Assembly: GCF_041146345.1 (NCBI RefSeq) | Contig: NW_027191402.1 | Location: 310,001-374,000, forward strand | Origin: Neodothiora populina | Lineage: Eukaryota | DNA length: 64,000 bases | Direction of reading: 5' to 3' | In this document: piece after piece, positions 1 through 10,979 of the stretch | Numbering within the stretch: position 1 is the first letter of the stretch | How the letters are laid out: every line of letters starts with the position of its first letter | Program-made: the position numbers and the translations under genes | Notes under the pieces: model-generated | Databases searched by the model: none | Told to the model about the DNA's origin: nothing | Seen by the model: the letters and a program-made list of their open reading frames with translations, nothing else

Positions 1-672
1 AGGAGAGAGGGCGAATGGGTGCCAAACTACAGTAAAGTTGACAGACTCCTTACAGGACCCGTTTCTTTTGTTTTCTTTCGAGCAAGTAAAGTATTCCCCC
101 ACATGTCTGTATTCGAGAGTTGCACATGTACTAGTCTATAATATCAATCACTGGAGAACAGCCTTTTTCTTCTGTTTTGTATTTTGTCTGCCATGTCAAA
201 CCCAGCACTGCGCATGCTGATCAAGGCTCTGTACTTGTATATAGTAACGATCGTGGAGACGACGATTGCTGGTCTTCCTACGATTACTCTTTGCCGTAGC
301 CCGGTCAGGCATCACTCATCAGTACCCACTTGTGTGATTGATATAGCACATTGGGCACCTACAGGTACCAGAGCACGGTACTCGTCGCACACCCTCAAAG
401 CACAGGAACAAGCACAGACTTTCCGTCTGTTCCTGGCGGAGATTGCGGAGTTATAAGACCAAAAGTGCGGAGGGATTGAGCATGACAGTATGCCTTGTTT
501 TGAATGATCTATGGTATACAAGTACAGTGGTGGTTGATGCCTCATACATCTTTCGCTGGGCAACACTGCGGCAAACAAAAGTCAGGGGACTAGATACTTC
601 ATCCGTCTACCAAAAGACCAAAGCAGTATCGAAACATAAGAAACAAATCCACAGACCCAAGAAGCAAAAACC

Positions 673-1768
673 ATGGCCCAACCAACGACTACTCCACCAC
701 CAACAACAACAACAATCGCCCCTCCATTCCTCGACATCCCCGGCATCTCCAACTTCAGAGACATAGGCGGATACGCCAGCAACCTCCCCTTCTCACCTCC
801 CAGCCCCTCGGCCAGCAGCACGAGTCCCCGCGCTCATACCCAGAACCAATCTATCCGCCGCGCCCTCGTCTACCGCTGTGCAGACCCCTCGCGCGTCCAA
901 CCCGACGGGCTCGCGAGGCTCAGAGACCTCGGCGTCAGGAAGGTGTTTGATCTACGCAGTATCACCGAGATTAAGAGACTCGGGCCGGAGTGGAGTGGGG
1001 TTGAGATTGAGGATGGGGCGTTTGTCACTAGGGATTCGTCGAGGCGGGATGGAGATGAGAAAGAGGAGGGCGAGGAGGAGGAGGAGGAGGAGGAGGAGGA
1101 GGAGGATGAAGGCGTGATCGAGAGGATATGGTGTCCCGTGTTCGCGGACAAAGACTACGGTCCTGAGAAAGTCGCGATTCGGTACTCGCATTATGCGAAG
1201 AGTGGTAGTGAGGTATGTACTATACTGTACTATATCCCATCCCACATGATCCATCCCATCCCTCGATCGCTACTTCTCTTTCTATTAGCAGACGGAACTG
1301 ACCAGCGCCAAGGGCTTCGTACAAGCCTACACGGACATCCTGGAGAACGCATCCTCCGCCTACCGCACGATCCTAACGCACCTGTCCGGCCCGACTCCCG
1401 CGCCCTGCATCATCCACTGCACAGCAGGCAAAGACCGCACCGGAGTCATCGTCGCACTGCTCTACCTCCTCTGCTCCGTGCCGCCCTCCGTCATCGCGCA
1501 CGAATACAGCCTCACAGACGCCGGCTTGGCGCATCTGAAGCCGCTGTTCAAGGAGCGATTGCTCAAGAATCCGGCGCTGGCGGGGAATGAGGACGGGGTG
1601 GATAATATGATTAGCAGTAGGGAGGAGAACATGAGTGCGACCGTCGAGATGATTCAAGAGAGGTATGGTGGGGCGGAGAGGTATATGACTGAACGACTGG
1701 GGTTGAGCAGCGAGCAGATCGAGAGGTTGAAAGGGAATCTGGTTGTGGATGTTCAGCCTGTCTTTTAG
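673..1768 (+). CDS. Protein tyrosine/serine phosphatase (Y_phosphatase3/IphP-like); exons 673-1212, 1313-1768
   Basis: N-terminal NFRDIGGY and DLRS motifs. Removing the GTATGT..CTGAC..AAG intron 1213-1312 restores the catalytic HCTAGKDRTG motif. Contains a (GAG)n poly-Glu tract. Confidence 0.9.
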
Positions 1769-2571
1769 TCGGGGCTTGGGGTTATGCATATTGCTTGTTA
1801 TGACTACTGAACTTAGGTCGACTTGCGGGCTGGCCGCTACGACTGAGCAGGCCCATACTCCCTTCTCGACCCCCACTGGTCCTTTACCAGAGACGGAAGT
1901 CTGACTTTACTGGCTGTCTCACCTCCAAGCATCGTTGTGACGAGAAAAATAGGACAACGCTTAGGTTTCAAATGTTGCTACCCTTCTGAGCCTCATGCTT
2001 CTCCTGGCCTGAGGAGAAAAGGCAAAACTTGCTTGACTCAGACGCTTCCTCAAGCAAGCGAGTATACGTTCCGATTTCACTACGGACCGCGACAGCGACA
2101 GTAAACGATGAAAGGTTAAAGAACAGCGGATACAATAACAACAGAGCAAGTTTTAGTTATTTTTTCATTCAGCGGCGGACGACAATATCTGCCTTCCTTC
2201 CTCTCACCAAGATCCCCTCAACAAGGGTCTGCCCTATCCTGTCCCTGTGCCAGCAGCATATATAAGATACAATATGGAAAAAGACAGAAAAGAAAAGAAT
2301 ACAAGCCATCATGGTGTCTTGACCTTACCAAGATGGGGACTCAATATGACAAGAACTTGTCCACTAAAGGCACGAGAGAAATAAGAAAGAAAAAGGGGGG
2401 GAAACGCTACGCCCCTGAGCTCGCTCGACGCCTCAAATGCTGAAGCAGGGTATCTTTTTGTGTTGTTGTGAGGGGGATCAGGATGCATGGGTTGGATGAG
2501 AGGTCCGTATGTGCGTGTGTGTGTGTGGGTATGTGTGTGCGCATGTAGCATGATGCAGATGCAGATGCATG

Positions 2572-3756
2572 TTATCTTCGAATCGTCGGGGGTGTTCGTA
2601 AATCCTCAATTCTGCCTCCGTCGGCCGTGCGACCGGGCTTCAAGCATTTGCCCTTGTTGCCCACCTCTTCACGCAAGAAGGCCAGACGGGCCTTGTCACC
2701 GTTCCATCTGAAGTCCTTGCTCCAGAATCCACAGCCGATGTTGCTCGTCTCGCCCCTCCAGTAGACTTGCTTCGAGCCCACCTTGTCGACCGGTGGTCGG
2801 TATTTCTGCTTGTCGAGTCCGCCGATCAGACTCTCGCCCTCCATGTGGTGGAAGAGTTCCGGGTTGACCGTGTAGCATCGGAGGCCCTTGTCTCTGCAGG
2901 CGGTCAGGATGGCCACATCGTAGGCGTGAGGAATGGTTTCTTTCTGGCCGTTGACCGGCGCTAGTTCATCGATCAGTCGCTTGGCCGATGCGCGAGTCAC
3001 TGCATATCCAAAGGTACACAGTGGCGACTTGGACCTGTGCACGACACGAGTTTTCTCTGGCACACCCAATGCGGTGAGCAAAGAAGCAGTGTATGGGTGG
3101 ATGTTGGTTCTCTCGGGCATCGACTCATCTGGCACTAGAGCGTGAGCAAGACTGGCCAGATCCTCCGGGTGCACAACACCGACGCCGACGTCCTCGTCGA
3201 GAGATGTGAAGTAGTCACCGCAGTGTCCGATGTACATGAGCTCCCAGTCGCTGGGATGGCCCCAATAATATCTCTCTTCCGCGGGGGGAAGAATGGAACG
3301 AGCCCCTGCTGCTGCGATGGGTGTCTGGATGGTGCGCAAGCGAATGTCCCAGTCGACATCGTCCTCGAGGATCAGCGCCGTCTCCAGTCCCGACTCTAGA
3401 AAGGCCTTCAGCACCACATTGTGGCTCAGCCAGGCGCGAATCGATCCATTCGTGATGGTCGTCTTCTCATCATTATTCCTGAAAGCTGCAATCTGCTCGT
3501 CTGACCATTTCGGCAGCTCTGGGAATCTAAAGTGCAGGCCGGTGACGTTGGCCGACTCTATCAAGCCTTCCCGTCTCGGGCTGCCTGGTCCGGATACGAC
3601 AAATAAGCCTCCGAATCCGAGGGTTGCGTTGGCCGGCGTGAGGTGTGCTGCTGCGAAGTCTGTCAAGCTCGTCGATACACTGGAATGGAAATATATGACA
3701 ATAGTCAAGATGCCGAGGCAGAATAGAACGAATGTGGGTGGTACGCGTAGCAGCAT
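2572..3756 (-). CDS. Glycosyltransferase family 25-like type II membrane protein
   Basis: 394-aa ORF with an N-terminal TM, ALILEDDVDWD, W-x-L-x-Y-x-GHC and PLCTFGYAVT motifs typical of fungal GT25 proteins. Confidence 0.85.
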   Translation of the reverse strand: MLLRVPPTFVLFCLGILTIVIYFHSSVSTSLTDFAAAHLTPANATLGFGGLFVVSGPGSPRREGLIESANVTGLHFRFPELPKWSDEQIAAFRNNDEKTTITNGSIRAWLSHNVVLKAFLESGLETALILEDDVDWDIRLRTIQTPIAAAGARSILPPAEERYYWGHPSDWELMYIGHCGDYFTSLDEDVGVGVVHPEDLASLAHALVPDESMPERTNIHPYTASLLTALGVPEKTRVVHRSKSPLCTFGYAVTRASAKRLIDELAPVNGQKETIPHAYDVAILTACRDKGLRCYTVNPELFHHMEGESLIGGLDKQKYRPPVDKVGSKQVYWRGETSNIGCGFWSKDFRWNGDKARLAFLREEVGNKGKCLKPGRTADGGRIEDLRTPPTIRR

Positions 3757-5610
3757 CTTTGGTCGTAGGGATTTCTCGCCCGCACCGACGAACCGCCTCC
3801 AAAAGCAGTTCTGCAGTAGTACAAGAGCTTCAAGTCACAGCTGACCGGAGGTGGGTGAGTCCAGAAAATCTGCCTCCAGAAAGACTCAAAGACTCTATAA
3901 TCACCAGCGCGTAAATTTGCACCCCTCTATTGCTGCGACTTGGGAATAAAAGAAGGCCGTCGATCCAAGACAGTCAACGTTGCAGCGGCGTCGTTCGCCC
4001 GGTCTAGCGGCTTTGCGGTGACAACGTTGACGTGTGCGTGTGAAGGTGTGAGTAAGTGACTCGGCCGTGTGGGAGACGGTGGCTGATCAGATGCTGCTGA
4101 TGATGATGCCGTATTTATTCGTCTATGACGAGCAAAGAAAACATATCAGACGGAGCAAGACTCTAGGTGATTATGTACAGATACCGCACTGCGAATGGGA
4201 GAAAAGAGGACGAATCACGCCAAAAGGACAAGAAGAAAGCCGGTAAAGAGTGGCACAAGAAAGCGATGCCCGCCGCTTCCATTACACACTGCGCGGACAT
4301 TGATGTTCTGTAGGAGATGGGGAGTCGCGCAACGTGAGACGCACTAAGACACCCCTAAACACGCGCCAGGACCCACCCCGGTAGCCGTCCTGCGTGCGTG
4401 GACATGCTAACAACAATGGCCTACTGGTGGAAGCTGGGAAGAGGGGCCCAGAAAATGCAACTTGTCTCGCCTCCTGTCACTTCTGGTCGTTGTCTGCGCA
4501 AGCTTCCAGCCCTGCCCAGACTTTTGTCGTCCGACTCCCGAACGCATTGCCAAAGTGACGGAGAGTCAAATCTCCACCATTCCACTTGCATCACCACTTC
4601 TTTGGCTTCTGGTAAGGTAATATGAAATAAAAGCCAAGGATGCTGTCTGTCCCACTCCTCGTGGCTATTTTGTCTTTGCGGCATCCTGGCTCGTTGAACT
4701 TTCCGAGCCTTCTTTCCCACTACTTTCTTGTTGTCTATACCAGCCTCTCCGCTAAGTCTTGGCTTGATGCGCTGTGTGAGATACCCCTCTGTACAAGGAT
4801 CACACGGTGTCTGAACGAGGACCTTGCCTGTTCGTGCGAACTGGGTTTGAGGCCTCTCGGGAACACCGCGTCTTCTACTGTGTTATTCTCGTGTCCGTGA
4901 TCTTCTCCCGTGCTATACATACTAGGAGTACATGTACAGCACAGTATTGATAGACTGTACTTGTAGGGTACCTGCGCATATATATCAATATTGATACGCG
5001 GATCAGTCATGTCATGACTTTGCCGCACTTGCTTAGCACCAGTACCTACCTACTACAAAACGCCCATGCTAAAAGCCACCCGAAGATTCCCACTGGGCAA
5101 CAGACCGCACGTTCTGAGCACCGCGCGTCCAATCTTCCCACCACTTCCTTATACAGCAGTGCAGTGGAATAAGGCAAATTATCAAACTATCAAACTCCGC
5201 ACGCTCTCCGCATGCAACCTGTCCGAGCGTTGAGCCTTTCGAATCGTGCACGCCTCTTTTTTCCCTTTACTGTAGTTGCAAAAGGTGGCCTTTACTCTTG
5301 CCGGCCTTTTCCCACGAGGCGGGATGGCTGTCTGGACATTTGATTGCATCATCCCTCCCACCCGAACGAGCATGAATCATGCATTTGTCTAGCTTTGTAT
5401 ACATTGGTCGATTACATGGTAGACTAGCTGTACAGTGAATATAAATCCTTCGAAGACGTAGCGTCCTATTCTGATTCAACTCACGAATGTTACACTGGTA
5501 CAACATGCAGTGATACCAATATGAGCTAAGGTACCTAAGGTAACATCCAAGCATCTTTTGACTCGTCATATCTCGCCAAGCCGGCACGACAAAACCATCG
5601 TTCATGGCAG

Positions 5611-5641
5611 CAACAACAACAACAACAACAACAACAACAAC
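5611..5641. repeat. (CAA)10 microsatellite
   Basis: Read directly from the sequence. Confidence 0.95.
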
Positions 5642-6252
5642 GATCTCCAAGCAAAGGCCGACGTGGCAAAGTAAATCCTCATGTCATCCACCCTCGGTCT
5701 GGGCAAGCAGCGCGCAACGTCGAGTGTGAGTCGCTGCGGAATTGCTTTTCAGCGAATGGGACTATCGTCTCTTGCGACTTCCATGTGATCGATCTTCGGT
5801 GTCTGGTTGCCTGCAGGGTACTACTGTCTGAGTCGCGCTTCCACTCGACAACATTGCACCACTGCCCCAGGTTGCGATCGTCACGGCCGGATACTATATC
5901 TGAAGCGAACCATTGGTATTTCGTCATCTTAGGCAGGGTTTCGATCTTCGAAACATTGCTGTCGTTCTCATTTGCAGCTATCAGTGTCATTGCCTGTGAG
6001 ACAACAATGATTGCAGTGCAGTATAGCCATTTATGTAATATCAAGGTGTACAAACACATTGTAGACTTCCATAGAGGTACGACGTGTGGCTATACCCTGA
6101 CTGGAAAACAACTACAAGCAGCTGTTATGTGTTAGGCGGATATTTGTGGACAACATTGTACAATTACGCATTGTAGATTGACGTCGAAATGATGAGCATG
6201 TTTATGTTGATGTGCTTCAGGCTTAGCCTAATCCGCTTGCATTTTCATTATG

Positions 6253-8808
6253 TTATCTATCCATACTCAGTGATAATTTTGGTTCTTCGGTGATATTCCC
6301 ATCATGACGTGGACTATGGGACGTGTCAGCTTTATCCTGACCGAAGATGATTTTGTACAACGTCGCTTCTGCGACTTCAGGAGGCGCAATCAAAGTCCCT
6401 CTGGGCAGCTTGAAGAAGTCCCCTCCCCAGATGTCCTCGATGTGTCGAACGTAATGTAGCAGCGGGAGTGTGTTGTGTTGCTGAGCATGGCGATTCCGTT
6501 TGGACGCTGATCTCCCAGGTCCAAACAATATCCATAGTCTCAATTTCACTTCTCGTCCGATCTTGGAGTGAGTTAGGTCAACGCCTTGACCATGAAGTCT
6601 CTGTACCAGGGCTATCCCTCTTGCCCATCTCTCGGGTAAGACCTTGTCCTGCGGGACTTCTACAGCAGACGCATCGTCAGAGTTGGAGAAGGGCTGGTAT
6701 AGCTCGCGCTCATGGTTGAAAGGAGGGACTGATCCTATGAATCCCCATGCAATAGTTGCGCGTAGTAAAGGAGCCGAGAAGATCTCTCCTAGTGGTCTCG
6801 AAGAATCCTCCTGAGACACGAGCTTTGATGGGCTCGCTTTCCTTCCTGTCGCTCCACCTGGAAGATTCTTGCCATGATACGACACAATCCAAAGGCAAAG
6901 TCTTTCTAGCGCGAGGAATCGGTTCGTCATGCCATAGCGACGGAGCAGCTCTCGCCACAATGGGCTATCAACTACCCCACCATTGCGAGATATGGTAAGA
7001 AAAACGTTGCTCACAAAGTCCAGATCGCTGTGATAGCTTCCATTCACAATTGGTCTCTTACTCTTAGATCGAGGTCGGAGGAAGGAGTTCAGGATTGATC
7101 GCATAGAAGCATCAGATACAGACACTGCATTATGCCTCATCTGGTCCATGATTGACGTGACATGACGTCTATCGCGACTCTTGCTGTACGTCTGCAGCAG
7201 TAGGTTCCACATGAAATGGTCTGGATCCGATTGTGACATAGTCAGGATCTCCAGAGTGGCATGCGCTTGGGGCATTTTCCCCTCGGCGAGGAAGGACCTG
7301 AAGAGCTTCGTTTGGAGCTCTGTTTTCTCATAGCTATCCGGATGCTGGTCACTCTGGACCATGACGGCAAAGCTTTCATCCCTGCCGCTTTCGGCAAACA
7401 TCTTGAGTGCACGACTGTAGGTCGACTCTACGATCGCAATGCCCGCAACTTCCAGAGATCTGATAGCTTGGAGATATTGTGAGGGACCTTGCGAACGCAC
7501 AGCTATTTCTCTCAGGGCCAAGGCGCCGATGGCCTCAAGACCAAGCATCTGAAGCCCAGATGTGACCAATTGTATGGAGAAAGCTGAGGTAGCGAACAAA
7601 CGAGCGCAGAAAGCATCTCCAATCTTCTTTTGCCGGATGCCGTGTGCGTCGCCGATCATGGTGTTGACAGCCACTTGAGTCAGAGGAGGCAAGTATGATG
7701 CGCCTGGTTGGTGAGACTTGAGGGCGTTGTACTGTGTCCTTGCATCTGCCAGCTCTTTCATCTTTTTATGGTTTCCCATGTAATTACCTAGAATCTCTGG
7801 CGATAAGGCTGTCATGTGTTTGACGAGGGGTTTAGACTGCATAGCGAAGGATGGGGTATCCTGGTGGCTGACGAAGAAATTATGCCATGCGAAAGCAACA
7901 CGGAACTCGCAAGACTCGAAGACTTTCGACATGCAAGCATCGTATAGCCCTGACGCTTTAGTGTCAGCATAGATCTTCTTGAAACATTTGTAGGCCATCT
8001 TGGGGTGTAGACTATCGATGGTTTGCTCAAAGACAGAGGCGGCTGCACCGTCTGGAACGAGATATGCCTCCTCCATGCGCTTATGCCAGCGCATCGCAGT
8101 GAAAGGCATGGTGCGCAGTATAGGACCAAGTATATCGCGATAGAGGCTTGGCCGAGAGCCCGTGGGCGTTTGGCGAAGATGGCTGGCATGATCGCAGATT
8201 TGTTCAAGCAAGGCCTCGTCTTGCAGCGCAGTGTCGATGAAGAGTGACCAAAGACTATCAGCACTGGTACCAGTGATGGGTAGACACAAGTCACGCTGCA
8301 TCATGCCTTGCCAGATTTCACGGACACCGTCGTGACCATTCAAGCGCTTACGAAAACGTAATAATTCCAGCCATAAGTCCATGTTATGTGCATGTTCGGA
8401 GTGGTCTACCAAGCGTGGTCTGGAGGTCGGAGGGGCCAGGACGTCGGCTTCGTATTTCAAGGTGTCAAAAGGATCGTCGCCCTCACGGATTTGGTCGAAC
8501 AACGGAGCTCCGGTGTAGAGAGAGATGAGCATGGCCAATTGAGACCCATTCCCATGGCTCGGTGATGTAGCTCCATGCCACGCATGGTACCGATGGCGCC
8601 GGACATGGTGGCGCTGGCAATTCCTAGACAAGCAAGCGGATGACTGGAGCAGACGTATGTCGGAGCGAGGAGGAGTTGACGCTGAGAGTATTGTTCGGCG
8701 AAAGTAGAGAGACAAAGTAAGACACGAGAGGTCCTGGTTAGCAATCAGATGCCGAGGTAGGCCTAGAGCTGATGGGCGTGCCAGCAGTCTATGCAGGGCC
8801 GAGGGCAT
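6253..8808 (-). CDS. Mitochondrial pentatricopeptide-repeat (PPR)-like protein
   Basis: Intronless 851-aa ORF with a basic/hydroxylated presequence-like N-terminus and helical PPR-like segments (e.g. MWNLLLQTYSKSRD..IMDQM). Confidence 0.7.
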   Translation of the reverse strand: MPSALHRLLARPSALGLPRHLIANQDLSCLTLSLYFRRTILSASTPPRSDIRLLQSSACLSRNCQRHHVRRHRYHAWHGATSPSHGNGSQLAMLISLYTGAPLFDQIREGDDPFDTLKYEADVLAPPTSRPRLVDHSEHAHNMDLWLELLRFRKRLNGHDGVREIWQGMMQRDLCLPITGTSADSLWSLFIDTALQDEALLEQICDHASHLRQTPTGSRPSLYRDILGPILRTMPFTAMRWHKRMEEAYLVPDGAAASVFEQTIDSLHPKMAYKCFKKIYADTKASGLYDACMSKVFESCEFRVAFAWHNFFVSHQDTPSFAMQSKPLVKHMTALSPEILGNYMGNHKKMKELADARTQYNALKSHQPGASYLPPLTQVAVNTMIGDAHGIRQKKIGDAFCARLFATSAFSIQLVTSGLQMLGLEAIGALALREIAVRSQGPSQYLQAIRSLEVAGIAIVESTYSRALKMFAESGRDESFAVMVQSDQHPDSYEKTELQTKLFRSFLAEGKMPQAHATLEILTMSQSDPDHFMWNLLLQTYSKSRDRRHVTSIMDQMRHNAVSVSDASMRSILNSFLRPRSKSKRPIVNGSYHSDLDFVSNVFLTISRNGGVVDSPLWRELLRRYGMTNRFLALERLCLWIVSYHGKNLPGGATGRKASPSKLVSQEDSSRPLGEIFSAPLLRATIAWGFIGSVPPFNHERELYQPFSNSDDASAVEVPQDKVLPERWARGIALVQRLHGQGVDLTHSKIGREVKLRLWILFGPGRSASKRNRHAQQHNTLPLLHYVRHIEDIWGGDFFKLPRGTLIAPPEVAEATLYKIIFGQDKADTSHSPRHDGNITEEPKLSLSMDR

Positions 8809-9495
8809 CTATAGAATTGAGAGGTAAAGGGTTGGAAAGATCAGAAGACATGGCAATCCAAGAGCATAAATGGCGAGCCAAAGCGGTCCGCCGACTTGCA
8901 CGGGTTGATCTCTTGGTCTCGTGCTTCCAACGGGCAGCAGAGAGTTCAAGCCTCTCTACTACTCTCGTGAGAAGAATGGTTGAGAGGCGAGGATATTTCT
9001 TGATTGTGGTTGGAGTCTTGCACCTTCCTCGATCTCTGGTTTAGCAGGCTTCTTAGGTGATGGATATGGATTGACGGTGCCTCCCTCGGGTCTTTTCACT
9101 CCTCGATTTATCCAGACACAATTCTTCCAGGCATCCTAGAGCTGTAGAGTAGAATCCTGGTATTTCGAAGGCCAACTTGGATGCAGATTGACAGTGAAGA
9201 GCAGGTACAGTCCGTCCTCACAACAATCTGTATATTTCGAAACAATTAATGGCCACTGCTATCCGAATCCGAGGCAAGGGCAGGTTATGACGGAATTTGC
9301 CGTACTTCCTGCCAGGAAGCGCTTTCCGCATTGAATTTGCCGTCGCTGATTGGTTGAAGCTCGGCCATCAGCAGACACCACCAAGCCTAGAAGCATAACG
9401 CATACCATACAACCATAGCCAATTCTATAGTTCCTCCCTACCACAACTCCCGCATTACATCTCTGCTCGGCAAATTCACCTCCGACCTCTTCACA

Positions 9496-10224
9496 ATGGC
9501 TGGGTCAGTCAAATAATCCAACGTCGCCAGTCTATCAGGCGCGCGACGCATCCGCTGCTCTTCCCGTCCATCCACCGGCCAACCTCACCTCCTCCTCGAC
9601 ACGCTCGCTCTCGCCCTGGCCATTCCACACATCCGCTGACTCCTTTCGCACGCAGACTAAACGCTCCCGGCCTTTTCCGCCGCAACAACGTCCCTGCCTG
9701 GCAGCGCCTTCACCAGGCTCACGATGGTGTCAGACAATGGAACAAGGTATCCTATTCTTCCGCAAAACTTCCCGCACTCGGCCCTGCGTCAATCGCTCTC
9801 TCCGCAATGATCCCCGTTGTATTGCAGGAAAGAGGAGGAGGAGGAGGAGGAGCATGAAGAGAATTGACTCTCAACATCTCTTATTCTCCCACCAGAATAG
9901 CTCCAGGATGTTCTTGACTTCTTACATGGCCGTCAACTAATGCCTTTGTGCGCCGTAGGGTCCTCGCGCCAAGATGATGCTCTACCCTTACTACGGTCTC
10001 ATGATCGCCACCAGCTCTGGTATGGAAGCCCGATGAATGAATGAGTTCACTCGAGGACTGCTCTCTCTGCCGGTTTGACCTGTGCTGACTTGATTTTTCA
10101 CAGCCACCATGTACATGATGTGCAGAATGGTCCTGGTGCGTAATTCATGTTCTGTCGCGAAACGACATGCACTTTTTCTCGAGAAAACTAACAGCTTTTG
10201 TAGGGTCACAAGACTTGGTGGTAG
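9496..10224 (+). CDS. COX7: Cytochrome c oxidase subunit VII; exons 9496-9503, 9656-9746, 9959-10019, 10104-10135, 10204-10224
   Basis: Not in the ORF track. Four GT-AG introns with CTGAC/CTAAT/CTAAC branch points give MAGLNAPGLFRRNNVPAWQRLHQAHDGVRQWNKGPRAKMMLYPYYGLMIATSSATMYMMCRMVLGHKTWW, which fits the fungal Cox7 pattern. Confidence 0.88.
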
Positions 10225-10343
10225 ATGTCTGTTCACCGTCTGTTGCACCATTTCAGGGTGAATGTTTCTGTCTGTACATATATCATAGACAATATTCAAG
10301 CCTAGCCAGCCAGATATGGCCGACCTAGCCCTGCTTACACTAC

Positions 10344-10979
10344 CTATCCTCCAATCTTGAACAAGCCCTTCACTAGATCTTGGAACTCATTGCCTTCGAT
10401 GCCTGCCAACGCGGCCTTGATGTCTTGCACGGTCTCTTCCCTCAAGCCTTCCGCATGCCTGCAATATATGTCCACCCCAGCGGGCGTGAAGAGCGTCTTG
10501 GCGAAGTATGTCACAGCCCACGTATCTTCGTCTCGCCCACCGAGATTCCACCCCAAGACCTCCCAATGGCTGCTAGCAATCATGAGCCACCCTCTACCCC
10601 TCCAGTCCCACACATCTCTACCCTCGCCGCTCGCCTTGTCGACTCCGCGCACAGTGTGCTCCTTGCCAGACCTGACATCCTCATACGTGACCAAATCATC
10701 CAGCCTGTCCGTCTGCTCAATCGCAATCGACGGAGAAGAGGCTTCCAGCGGCGTGTACGTGATGCGCACTTTCCGTTTGTCCTTCCACATGGGAAGCGTC
10801 GAGTGAGTTACATGCCAAGTGCCCTTGAGGAACTCAATGCTCGGAACTCGGTACGCAGTTGTCGCCGTTGACGATGATGATGATGATGATGATGATGTTG
10901 CATCTGCTGTCGTCGTCGAAGCCGCTCCGAAGGCGCTCGGCGATCGGAGTATGGCACTCGCACTACCGCTGTTTTGCAT
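10344..10979 (-). CDS. Conserved hypothetical lipocalin/calycin-like protein
   Basis: GTWHVTHSTLPMWK (GxW lipocalin motif), WDWRGRGWL and FAKTLFTPAGVDIY. First ATG is at 10979. Confidence 0.75.
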   Translation of the reverse strand: MQNSGSASAILRSPSAFGAASTTTADATSSSSSSSSSTATTAYRVPSIEFLKGTWHVTHSTLPMWKDKRKVRITYTPLEASSPSIAIEQTDRLDDLVTYEDVRSGKEHTVRGVDKASGEGRDVWDWRGRGWLMIASSHWEVLGWNLGGRDEDTWAVTYFAKTLFTPAGVDIYCRHAEGLREETVQDIKAALAGIEGNEFQDLVKGLFKIGG

